From Rubrivivax sp. (GTDB lineage Bacteria > Pseudomonadota > Gammaproteobacteria > Burkholderiales > Burkholderiaceae_C), in assembly GCA_030653385.1 (NCBI GenBank), contig JAURZM010000043.1, positions 7,341 through 71,340 on the forward strand: a DNA stretch of 64,000 nucleotides, given 5' to 3'. Every line of letters starts with the position of its first letter. Position 1 is the first letter of the stretch. Made by a program: the position numbers and the translations under genes. The notes below the pieces were generated by a model that made no database searches, was not told the origin of the DNA, and was given only the letters and a program-made list of their open reading frames with translations. This document shows positions 10,477 through 18,505 of the stretch, piece by piece.

Positions 10477-11324
10477 AGCGGCCGGCGCTTGTCGAGTGGG
10501 GCGTGGTGTTGGCAGTTGCGGTGCTGGTGCTGGCCGCGGGGCTGTGGTTCTGGTGGCCACAGCACGCGGCGGGCTCGGCGCAGGCGCCCACGGCGGCCGC
10601 AGACCCAGCGCCTGCCCCAGCGTCTGTCCCAGCGGCCGGGCAGGCCGCTGCGGAGCCTGCATCGGCGCCAGCCGAGGTGGCCTTGCCCGAGCCAGCCCCC
10701 CAGCAACCGGCCCTTGTTGAAGCCGACGTCGGCCCCGCTTTGACCCGCTTGCTGGGCGTGCAGTCGGCTCGGCAATGGTTGCGCCCCGACGGGTTTGTGC
10801 GCCGTTTCGTGGCCACCGTGGGCAACCTGGGCCGTGCCCACGCACCAGCGCTGTCGTGGCCGGTCGACCCCACACCGGGCCGCCTGCAGGTGGTGCAGCA
10901 AGAGGGCCGGCAGTTCATCGACCCCGACAACGCCCAGCGTTACGTGCCCTTTGTGCTTGCCCTGGAAGCGGTGGACAGCCAGACGGCTGCAGCGCTGTAC
11001 ACGCGCCTGCTGCCCCTGCTGCAGTCCGCCCACGAAGAGCTGGGTTATCCGCGGCAGCGTTTCCACACACGGCTGATGCAGCTCATCGACCACCTGCTGG
11101 CAGCACCAAGCGCACCCGAACGCATCGAGGTGCGCTTGACCGAAGTGCGTGGCCCCATTCCTTCGCAGCGCCCCTGGGTGCGTTACGAGTTTGCCGACCC
11201 GGCGTTGGAAGCCGCGTCGGCGGGCCACAAGCTGATGGTGCGTGTGGGTGCCGTCAACCAGCGGCGCCTGAAGGCCAAACTGGTAGAGCTGCGCGCGGCG
11301 CTGCAGCAGAACACACCACGCTGA
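10473..11324 (+). CDS. DUF3014-like membrane-anchored protein
   Basis: N-terminal TM, Pro/Ala linker, RRFVATV, RYEFADPALE...K.MVRVG; TTG start overlaps the mscS stop. Confidence 0.7.
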   Translation: MKRPALVEWGVVLAVAVLVLAAGLWFWWPQHAAGSAQAPTAAADPAPAPASVPAAGQAAAEPASAPAEVALPEPAPQQPALVEADVGPALTRLLGVQSARQWLRPDGFVRRFVATVGNLGRAHAPALSWPVDPTPGRLQVVQQEGRQFIDPDNAQRYVPFVLALEAVDSQTAAALYTRLLPLLQSAHEELGYPRQRFHTRLMQLIDHLLAAPSAPERIEVRLTEVRGPIPSQRPWVRYEFADPALEAASAGHKLMVRVGAVNQRRLKAKLVELRAALQQNTPR

Positions 11325-11364
11325 AGGCGGCTCGGCGCCAGCCGGGCACCTGGCGCGATGTGTT

Positions 11365-11667
11365 TCAGCGCCGGCTTTGCTGCTGCAACAGACCTTGCAC
11401 TCGGCGCACCGCCTTCCAGGCCCAGAACAGCCGCGCGGTCCAGCTCAGGGCACGGCGCGGGCGCAGGACGACCAGCGCCACGGCACCGGCCAGCGGCCAT
11501 TGGGGGTGGCCGCGCATCCAATGCCACGCGGCCTGGGCACGGTCGGCCCAGGCCAACGGTTGTTGAAGCACCTGCGCCTCTTCGCCCAGGCGCTGGCGCA
11601 ACTGGTCGCTGCGCAGCAGCAGCTGCAGTTGGCGCTGCCGGAGGGTGTCGGCGCGGCTCGGGTTCAT
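11365..11667 (-). CDS. YqjK-like protein
   Basis: Small basic protein with a TM then LRPRR; third gene of a yqjD/E/K-like run. Confidence 0.7.
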   Translation of the reverse strand: MNPSRADTLRQRQLQLLLRSDQLRQRLGEEAQVLQQPLAWADRAQAAWHWMRGHPQWPLAGAVALVVLRPRRALSWTARLFWAWKAVRRVQGLLQQQSRR

Positions 11668-12056
11668 TCGTCCGGCAAGCCCAGGCTGTCACGGTCGCGC
11701 CGCAACTCGGCCAGGCTGAGCGCAAAGGCACCGCCGGCCGGCGGCGTCAATCTTTGCCGCGCCAGGTGCAGGAGCCAGCCGCCCGCGCCGGCAAACAGCA
11801 GCGCCAGGCCGCCGACAGCTGCCAGGCGGTAACCGTCCCACAGCAGCAGCACGACGAAGCCCACAAACAGCACCAGCGCCAGCCACAGCAGCAGCAGTGC
11901 TGCGCCGGCCAGCCACAGCGCGCTGATGACACGCAGCTTTTCCTGCTCGAGCTCGGTGCCCAGCAACTGCAGGCGCACCATCACGATGCCCGCCGTGGTG
12001 CCGGCCAGGCGCCGCAGCGAGGCAAAAAGCCCGGTGGCCGTCTGGGCTCCGCTCAC
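11664..12056 (-). CDS. YqjE-like membrane protein
   Basis: RLQLLGTELEQEK, two TMs, C-terminal SLAELRRD. Confidence 0.78.
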   Translation of the reverse strand: MSGAQTATGLFASLRRLAGTTAGIVMVRLQLLGTELEQEKLRVISALWLAGAALLLLWLALVLFVGFVVLLLWDGYRLAAVGGLALLFAGAGGWLLHLARQRLTPPAGGAFALSLAELRRDRDSLGLPDE

Positions 12057-12089
12057 GGCTCGCTCGCCGCTTGGGCGTTCACTGGCGGT

Positions 12090-12401
12090 TCACCGGCGTG
12101 CGAGCAGCAGACCCACGAGCACACCGACGCCGGCGCCGATGGCCACCGATTGCCAGGGGTGGTCGTGCACGTAGTCGTCGGCGGCCCGGCCGGCGGCCTT
12201 GGCGTTGTCGGTGACGGCAGACTGCAGTGTCAGCAGGCGGTGCCTGGCCTGGCTCAGGCGCTCTTGCAGGCGTTCACGCAGGCCCACGGCGGCTTCGCCC
12301 ACTTCGTCGGCGGTCATCTTCAGCAGTTCCTCTGCGTCCGCGACGACCAGGCGCAGGTCGGCAATCAGCTTTTCTCTTTGGGTCACGGTCAGGTCGGACA
12401 T
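12090..12401 (-). CDS. DUF883 / ElaB-YqjD family protein
   Basis: DYVHDHPWQSVAIGAGVGVLVGLLLARR tail anchor; start at MSDLT with an AGGAG RBS. Confidence 0.9.
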   Translation of the reverse strand: MSDLTVTQREKLIADLRLVVADAEELLKMTADEVGEAAVGLRERLQERLSQARHRLLTLQSAVTDNAKAAGRAADDYVHDHPWQSVAIGAGVGVLVGLLLARR

Positions 12402-12465
12402 GGTCTGCTCCTTGGGGGTTGAAGGTGGAGTCTGAAGGACCGGCAATGGGCCGGGCCCGTGTTCA

Positions 12466-13224
12466 TCAGTATTTGTAGCCGAAACCAAAGGTCAAGAGGC
12501 GTTCACCCTTTTTCAGGCCGGGCGCCACTTTGCTGGTGTAGCGCAGCACCAGGCCGGCGTTGAAAGTCCAGCCACCGACGATGGCCGTGGCCAGCCCGGA
12601 TTCGAAGGTGGCCCGGTTGCCGATCTCCCGGGCCCCGGGGTAGAGCACCAGGCGTTGTTTGAAGGTGCTGGATTCGCCCAGTTGATGTGAGGTTTCTTCG
12701 CCCAGCAGCCACTCGGTCCCGCTGCGGCGGCTGCCGTCGGTGAAGTGTGTGCCCGAATGGCCGACGCCGGTGAAGACGTTGCCGTTGTGGGCAGCGCTGC
12801 GCAGCAAACGCCAGCCCGCGCCGACGTTGGCGTTCAGGCGCGAACGCACGCCGCCCGGCCGGTTGGTTTCGGCCTCACCGCCCCCGAAAGCAAAAAAGCG
12901 CGTGTCCAGGTTGCGGTCGTAGCGGCCGGCCACACGCGCCAGGTCGGCCGAGCGTGTGCGCACGCCTTGGCTTTCGCTGGTGCCGTAGTTGGCCAGCGCA
13001 TACAGGCTGATCTTGTCGGCGTCGGTGGCCTTGCTGGTTTCCACGCGCAGATTCAATGCCGTGGCGCTGGTGTTGCCAGAGGCCGACGAACCGCCGATGG
13101 CGATGTCGCCGTGCCACCGGCCGTCGGGCGGCGACTGTGCCGCAGCGGCGGTGCACCGCAGCGCCAGCGCGGGCCAGACAGAAAAAGAGGCCCGGGGCGG
13201 TCGGTCAGGGGAACCCAGCTGCAT
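12466..13224 (-). CDS. DUF481-like outer-membrane beta-barrel protein
   Basis: SASGNT motif, alternating beta-strand pattern, C-terminal FGFGYKY. Confidence 0.75.
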   Translation of the reverse strand: MQLGSPDRPPRASFSVWPALALRCTAAAAQSPPDGRWHGDIAIGGSSASGNTSATALNLRVETSKATDADKISLYALANYGTSESQGVRTRSADLARVAGRYDRNLDTRFFAFGGGEAETNRPGGVRSRLNANVGAGWRLLRSAAHNGNVFTGVGHSGTHFTDGSRRSGTEWLLGEETSHQLGESSTFKQRLVLYPGAREIGNRATFESGLATAIVGGWTFNAGLVLRYTSKVAPGLKKGERLLTFGFGYKY

Positions 13225-13390
13225 TCAACACACTCCGGAACAAAAGGGTTTGACGGAAACATTGCGGACGCAAATTGTATTCGTCAAAATGTATTTTTCA
13301 CAGCCATGGCTGCGACGCCCCCAGTTGGGGTGCGTTTTTCCGGCGCCACGGACCCTTCCCGAACGTTTGACTTGCCTTGAAGGAACCCAC

Positions 13391-13960
13391 ATGAGCCCTA
13401 TCACACGCAGCGCCCTGCTGATCACCAGCGCCCTGGTCCTGGCAGCCTGCAGCAGCACACCGGTGTCCGCACCGCCTGACACCCGCGCCTTGGCTGCGCC
13501 TGCCGTGGCGCCATCTGCTGAAGCTGCTCCAGCCCCCCAGGCGGCAGCCACCACGGCACCGGCTGCGGCGTCGACCGTCAGCACGGTCACCTTGCCGCCT
13601 TACCTGGACCCGCGCCATCCGCTGTCCAGCGCGCGCAGTGTCTTCTTTGACTTCGACGACGCCACCCTGAAGCCCGACTTCAGCACCGTGGTGCAAAAAC
13701 ACGGCACCTACCTGGCGACCAACCCGGCTTTGGCCATCCGTGTCGAAGGCAACACCGACGAACGCGGCAGTGCCGAGTACAACCTGGCCCTGGGTCAGAA
13801 GCGTGCCGAGTCGGTGGTGCGTGCACTGCGCATCCTGGGCGTGCGCGACAGCCAGCTCGAGGCCATCAGCTGGGGTCAGGAACGACCACGTGCCACGGGC
13901 AGTGACGAATCGGCCTGGGCCCAGAACCGCCGCGCCGACCTGCAGTACCCGGCCAACTGA
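13391..13960 (+). CDS. pal: Pal/OmpA-family peptidoglycan-associated lipoprotein
   Basis: Lipobox LAAC; VFFDFD, EGNTDERGSAEYNLALGQKRA, NRRA; no tolB adjacent, so possibly a paralog. Confidence 0.85.
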   Translation: MSPITRSALLITSALVLAACSSTPVSAPPDTRALAAPAVAPSAEAAPAPQAAATTAPAAASTVSTVTLPPYLDPRHPLSSARSVFFDFDDATLKPDFSTVVQKHGTYLATNPALAIRVEGNTDERGSAEYNLALGQKRAESVVRALRILGVRDSQLEAISWGQERPRATGSDESAWAQNRRADLQYPAN

Positions 13961-13998
13961 ACCGCACGCGCCGTACGGGCCAAATGAGCGGCGTCGGC

Positions 13999-14943
13999 TC
14001 AGCCGACGTCCTTCACCAGCGGGCCGTCCAGCTTGAGCGCCCCGCTGCCGGTCAGTTCGTCCACGGTGCGCTGCGCGAAGGCCCGCAGGCTGCCTTCCGG
14101 CCGCTGCAGGCGCTGCCACACTGCCGCGCACAGCGGCGTGTGGTCGAACCAGCGCAGCAAGTCGGGCAGCGGCTGCTGCTGCACTTCCATCAGGTGGTAC
14201 TTGACCAGCACGCGGATGGCATGGCGGCTGTGCCGCGCCGGGTCGGCCACGAAGCCGGCCAGGCGCAGGCGGGCGCGTTGCAGGGCGTCGCTCACGTCCT
14301 GAAAAGGCGCGCCGTGGCCGGGAATGACCCAACGTGCGCGCAGCGACTCGATCAGGTCCAACGATTGCGCCACCTCGTCGAAAGCCTGTTCGCCGTCCAG
14401 TTCGGGGAACACCACGCCAAAACCGTTGCCCCACAGCGCATCGGCGCTGATCAGCACACCGTGCACTTCATCGAACAGGATGAGCGAATGCGGGTCGTGG
14501 CCCGGTGCGGCCAGCGCCAGCCAGCGCCGCCCGCCCACGGCCAGCGTGTCGCCCGGCTGCAGGCAGTTGTCGGGGCGGTAGCGTTCGCAGATCTGGCCTG
14601 TGGCGCGGTAGCTCAGGGTGTTTTCGTCCCAGTCGCGTGCAGCGGCAAACTCGCCGGGTGGGACCGACAGCCGGCAGCCCCATTCACGCTGAATGGCGGC
14701 GTTGCCGCCGCAGTGGTCGGAATGCAGGTGGGTGTTGACCAGCTGCAGCAAGGGTTCGGCATCGGCGCCCCCCAGGCGCTGGTGCAGCAGGGCCACCGTC
14801 TGCGGCGCATGCAGGGTGTGGCTGGCGTCGACCAGCACCGCGCCCGCGCCGCCACCGTGCAGCAGCACGTTGTTGGACGAGAGCCAGCCACGCTGCAGGA
14901 TGGTCAAGCCTGACAAGGCCACGTCGGGGGCAGGGTGCGGCAT
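13999..14943 (-). CDS. MBL-fold metallo-hydrolase
   Basis: THLHSDHCGGN, PGH, ISADAL, PGHG motifs. Confidence 0.88.
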   Translation of the reverse strand: MPHPAPDVALSGLTILQRGWLSSNNVLLHGGGAGAVLVDASHTLHAPQTVALLHQRLGGADAEPLLQLVNTHLHSDHCGGNAAIQREWGCRLSVPPGEFAAARDWDENTLSYRATGQICERYRPDNCLQPGDTLAVGGRRWLALAAPGHDPHSLILFDEVHGVLISADALWGNGFGVVFPELDGEQAFDEVAQSLDLIESLRARWVIPGHGAPFQDVSDALQRARLRLAGFVADPARHSRHAIRVLVKYHLMEVQQQPLPDLLRWFDHTPLCAAVWQRLQRPEGSLRAFAQRTVDELTGSGALKLDGPLVKDVG

Positions 14944-15069
14944 GGGAAGGGGCTTGAGTGGAGGTGCAGGGCCTTGGCATTCTTGCCGAACAAGCGGTCG
15001 CCGCAGGGTGAGGGGAGCTACCATCCGCCATCGGGACAGGCCAGACAAGCCGCCGCTGCCACCCAAAAC

Positions 15070-16014
15070 GTGTTTTTCACCACCCGACCGACCTTTGCGC
15101 CGGCGCGCCGCAGGGCCGCCGGTTTCTGTGGCGCTTGTGCCGTGGCGGGGCTGGTCATGCTGTCGGCCAGCGCCACCGCCAGCGCCGGCGCCAGCGCTGC
15201 CGAATCACCGGCGCTGCTGACCTTGCTGGAAGGACCGGCCACGCTGATCGTCGGCGCGCGCACACACCTGGCGGCCCCTGGTGCGCGCCTTCCTGCCGGC
15301 ACCTTGATCGAAACCGAAGCCGACACCGCCCTGTTGCGCCTGGAATGGCCCGACGGTTCGGCGCTGGACCTGGGCCCGTCCACCCGTGTGATGTTGCGCC
15401 CGGGTGCGGCCAGTGGTGGCAAGGCGCCGCTCTTCTACCTGCTGCGCGGTTGGGCCAAGCAGACCCAGTCCACCACAGCCGGTGGCCAGCTGAGCCAGGC
15501 CTTCGACGTGGCGCCGTTCAAGGGGGTGCTGGTCAGCCAGGTCGACGACGGCCGGGTGGTGCTGTTCTGCGAGGCCGGCGATGCACCGCTTGTCGCGCGG
15601 CGCAGTGACTCGACGGCGGTCTTGCGTGCGGGCCAGAGTGCGGTCGTGGTGGGTGCGGGTGCCGCCCAGGTGACGCAACGGCCGGCGTCCGACTGGCTCA
15701 AACAACTGCCACGCAGCTTCCGCGAGACTTTGCCCTCACGGGCGGCGCAGTTGGCCAAGCTGCCGTCGGTGCCCTTGCAGCCCGGGCCGGTTCTCACCTA
15801 CGCTCGGCTCCAACACTGGTTGTCCGCCGAGCCATTGCTACGCCGTGACATGCCGGCCCGGTTTCGCGGCCTGCTGGCCGACCGCAGTTTCAGGTCCGCC
15901 GTCGATGCACGGCTGAACCAGCATCCGGAATGGGAGCCGCTGCTCAGACCCCCGAGCACGGGGGCGGCGGCGCGCAAGAACAACGACACGTCGGTCACGG
16001 AGCCAACACGATGA
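15070..16014 (+). CDS. Exported FecR-like domain protein (start uncertain)
   Basis: Signal-like N-terminus; PDGSALDLGPSTRV FecR-type motif; stop overlaps next ATG (ATGA). Confidence 0.65.
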   Translation: MFFTTRPTFAPARRRAAGFCGACAVAGLVMLSASATASAGASAAESPALLTLLEGPATLIVGARTHLAAPGARLPAGTLIETEADTALLRLEWPDGSALDLGPSTRVMLRPGAASGGKAPLFYLLRGWAKQTQSTTAGGQLSQAFDVAPFKGVLVSQVDDGRVVLFCEAGDAPLVARRSDSTAVLRAGQSAVVVGAGAAQVTQRPASDWLKQLPRSFRETLPSRAAQLAKLPSVPLQPGPVLTYARLQHWLSAEPLLRRDMPARFRGLLADRSFRSAVDARLNQHPEWEPLLRPPSTGAAARKNNDTSVTEPTR

Positions 16015-16880
16015 AGCTGCTAGCCAAATTCAACCTCATCTTCATTCTCGTCATGGCGCTGGGGGTGGCCGTGTCGGGCTGGATCAGCCGCGGCATGCTG
16101 CAGGAACAGGCGCGGCAGGAAGTGCTGTCGATCGGCCGGCTGCTGATGGAGCAGGCGCTGGCGGTGCGCGGCTACACCTCGGGCCAGATCACCAAGCTGC
16201 TCGAAACGCAGATGAAGTACGAGTTCCTGCCGCAGTCGGTGCCAAGTTATTCGGCCACCGAGGTGCTGGGCACGCTGCAGAAGAAGTACCCCGAATACGC
16301 CTACAAAGAAGCCACGCTCAACCCCACCAACCCACGTGATCGCGCCGTGGGCTGGGAAGTGGACATCGTCAACGCCTTTCGCAACGACGCCGAGCTGAAG
16401 GAATTCGTGGGCCAACGCGACACACCCACCGGCCGTTCGCTGTTCATCAGCCGGCCGCTGCGCATCACCAGTGCGGCCTGCCTGCAGTGCCACAGCAGCG
16501 TCGAGGCGGCTCCCAAGACCATGGTCGACAAATACGGCCCGGCCAACGGTTTTGGCTGGCAGCTGAACGAGGTCATCGGCGCCCAGGTGGTGTCGGTGCC
16601 GATGACGTTGCCGCTGCAACGTGCCGACGACAACTTCAAGCTCTTCATCGGTTCTCTGGTGGGTGTGTTCGTGGTCGTGGGCATCGTGCTGAACCTGATG
16701 ATCTGGTTCGTGGTGGTGCGGCCGGTGACCCGCTTGTCGGCGCTGGCCGACCGGGTGAGCCAGGGCGAGCTGGATGCACCCGAGTTCGCTTCGACCAGCA
16801 AGGACGAGATCGGCGTGCTCACGGAATCCTTTGCACGCATGCGCGCCAGCGTCGTTCAAGCCATGAAGATGCTGGAGTGA
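16011..16880 (+). CDS. Membrane sensor with periplasmic c-heme (DUF3365/Tll0287-like) domain and terminal HAMP domain
   Basis: TM1, NPTNPRD motif, CLQCH heme motif, TM2, HAMP (PV..L...ADRVSQGEL...DEIGVLTESF) ending at the stop. Confidence 0.85.
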   Translation: MKLLAKFNLIFILVMALGVAVSGWISRGMLQEQARQEVLSIGRLLMEQALAVRGYTSGQITKLLETQMKYEFLPQSVPSYSATEVLGTLQKKYPEYAYKEATLNPTNPRDRAVGWEVDIVNAFRNDAELKEFVGQRDTPTGRSLFISRPLRITSAACLQCHSSVEAAPKTMVDKYGPANGFGWQLNEVIGAQVVSVPMTLPLQRADDNFKLFIGSLVGVFVVVGIVLNLMIWFVVVRPVTRLSALADRVSQGELDAPEFASTSKDEIGVLTESFARMRASVVQAMKMLE

Positions 16881-16884
16881 CAGT

Positions 16885-16968
16885 GCCCCCACGCTCCCTT
16901 CGGTCGCTGCCCCCCGAGGGGGGACTTGCTGCGGCCCGGCCAAGCCGGTTCCGCGCAAGGCCTTGATC
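16885..16968 (-). repeat. Intergenic REP-like element, copy A
   Basis: Reverse complement nearly matches 21035-21078 and 21152-21190. Confidence 0.75.
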
Positions 16969-17002
16969 CGACCAAGATCGGCAACAACGAGGCCCCTGTC
17001 CA

Positions 17003-18436
17003 GTGAACCACCCCGACAAACTCGGCAAGTACCAGATCACCGGCGTGCTCGGCGAGGGCGCGATGGGCGTGGTCTATCGCGGATTCGACCCTGACATCCG
17101 GCGTGTGGTGGCGCTGAAGACCATCCGCAAGCAGGGTGGGGAAGGCGCGCAGGCGGCGGCGCAGAGCGCGGCGCGTTTCCGCAACGAAGCGCAGGCTGCC
17201 GGGCGTTTGCTGCACCCGGGCATCGTGGGGGTCTACGACTTCGGCGACGACGGCAGCGTGGCCTATATCGCGATGGAGTACGTGGAGGGCCACACGCTGT
17301 CCTATTACCTGTCGCAGCGTGTGCGCTTTTCCGAGGCCGACGTGGCCAGCATGGCCAGCCAGCTGCTGGAAGCGCTGGCGCATGCACACGAACACGGGGT
17401 CTGGCACCGCGACATCAAGCCGTCCAACGTGATCATGACCAAGGCCGGGCGCATCAAGATCGCCGACTTCGGCATCGCGCGCACCGACACCTCGGGCCTG
17501 ACGATGGCCAACAGCGTGCTGGGCACGCCGATGTACATGGCGCCCGAGCAGTTCATGGGGCGACCCATCGACCACCGGGTGGATGTCTACAGCGCAGGCG
17601 TCGTGTTCTACCAGTTGCTGGCCGGCCGCGCGCCTTTTGTCGGCCCGCACGAAGCGCTGATGTACAAGGTTGTGAACGAAGTGCCGGTTCCTCCGTCCAC
17701 GCTGGAAGGGGCGCCGCATGGCCCGCGCTTCGACGAGGTGGTGGCCACGGCGCTGTCCAAGGAGCCACGTGCACGCTACGCCAATGCCAGTGCCTTCCGC
17801 GATGCGGTGCTGGCCGCGCTGGGGCAGCCGGCACCCAGTGCGGTTTCGCGCGAAGCCGTGTTTGCGCTGCCCATGCCCACCGAGTACGCGCCCACCGAGC
17901 GCATCCCCACCGGTGTGGCGCCGCCCACCAACAGCGCGCCGCCCACACACTGGGACCCGACGGTGCTGGCCCAGGTGGAAGCGGCTCTGGCCCGCCACGT
18001 GGGCCCGCTGGCGGCGGTGATGGTGCGCCGCGCCGCCAAGGAATGCCACGACCTGCCGGCGCTGCAGGCGCGGCTGGGCGAGCAGATCACCAGCGCCGCG
18101 GCGCGTGAAGCCTTTCTGGGCCAGGCCTCGAAGGGCGGTGCAGGCGGTACGGGCGGCACCGGCGGTGGCGCGGGTTCGCGCGGCAGCGCCTCGTCGCCCC
18201 ACACCTTTGCCCCGGCGGGGGGCACCTTTGCCGGCGCCAGCACGCCGGTGAACGAAACGCTGATGGACCAATCGCTGCGTCTGCTGTCGGTGCACCTGGG
18301 GCCGATCGCCCGTGTCGTGGTCAAACGGGCCGCCGAACGCACGCGCCAGCGCGAGGCCTTTTTTTCGCTGCTGGCAGAGGCCGCGCCGGAAGCGGTGCGT
18401 CAGAAGCTGCTGGCCGACCTGCACAAACTGCCCTGA
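17003..18436 (+). CDS. Soluble Hanks-type Ser/Thr kinase with duplicated C-terminal helical domain
   Basis: GEGAMGVVY, VALK, HRDIKPSN, DFG, YMAPE; no TM; two GP-x-A repeats. Confidence 0.93.
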   Translation: MNHPDKLGKYQITGVLGEGAMGVVYRGFDPDIRRVVALKTIRKQGGEGAQAAAQSAARFRNEAQAAGRLLHPGIVGVYDFGDDGSVAYIAMEYVEGHTLSYYLSQRVRFSEADVASMASQLLEALAHAHEHGVWHRDIKPSNVIMTKAGRIKIADFGIARTDTSGLTMANSVLGTPMYMAPEQFMGRPIDHRVDVYSAGVVFYQLLAGRAPFVGPHEALMYKVVNEVPVPPSTLEGAPHGPRFDEVVATALSKEPRARYANASAFRDAVLAALGQPAPSAVSREAVFALPMPTEYAPTERIPTGVAPPTNSAPPTHWDPTVLAQVEAALARHVGPLAAVMVRRAAKECHDLPALQARLGEQITSAAAREAFLGQASKGGAGGTGGTGGGAGSRGSASSPHTFAPAGGTFAGASTPVNETLMDQSLRLLSVHLGPIARVVVKRAAERTRQREAFFSLLAEAAPEAVRQKLLADLHKLP

Positions 18437-18505
18437 CCCTGGCACTGATCCACGCGGCCCTGCGGCTGCGACAATACTGGCCATCCTGAACAGCCCAGCC
18501 CGGCC

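Noticed and set aside
11664-12056. Phage holin or prophage signal
   Set aside because: The YqjE family is often labelled holin, but the context is yqjD/E/K-like and no phage genes are present.
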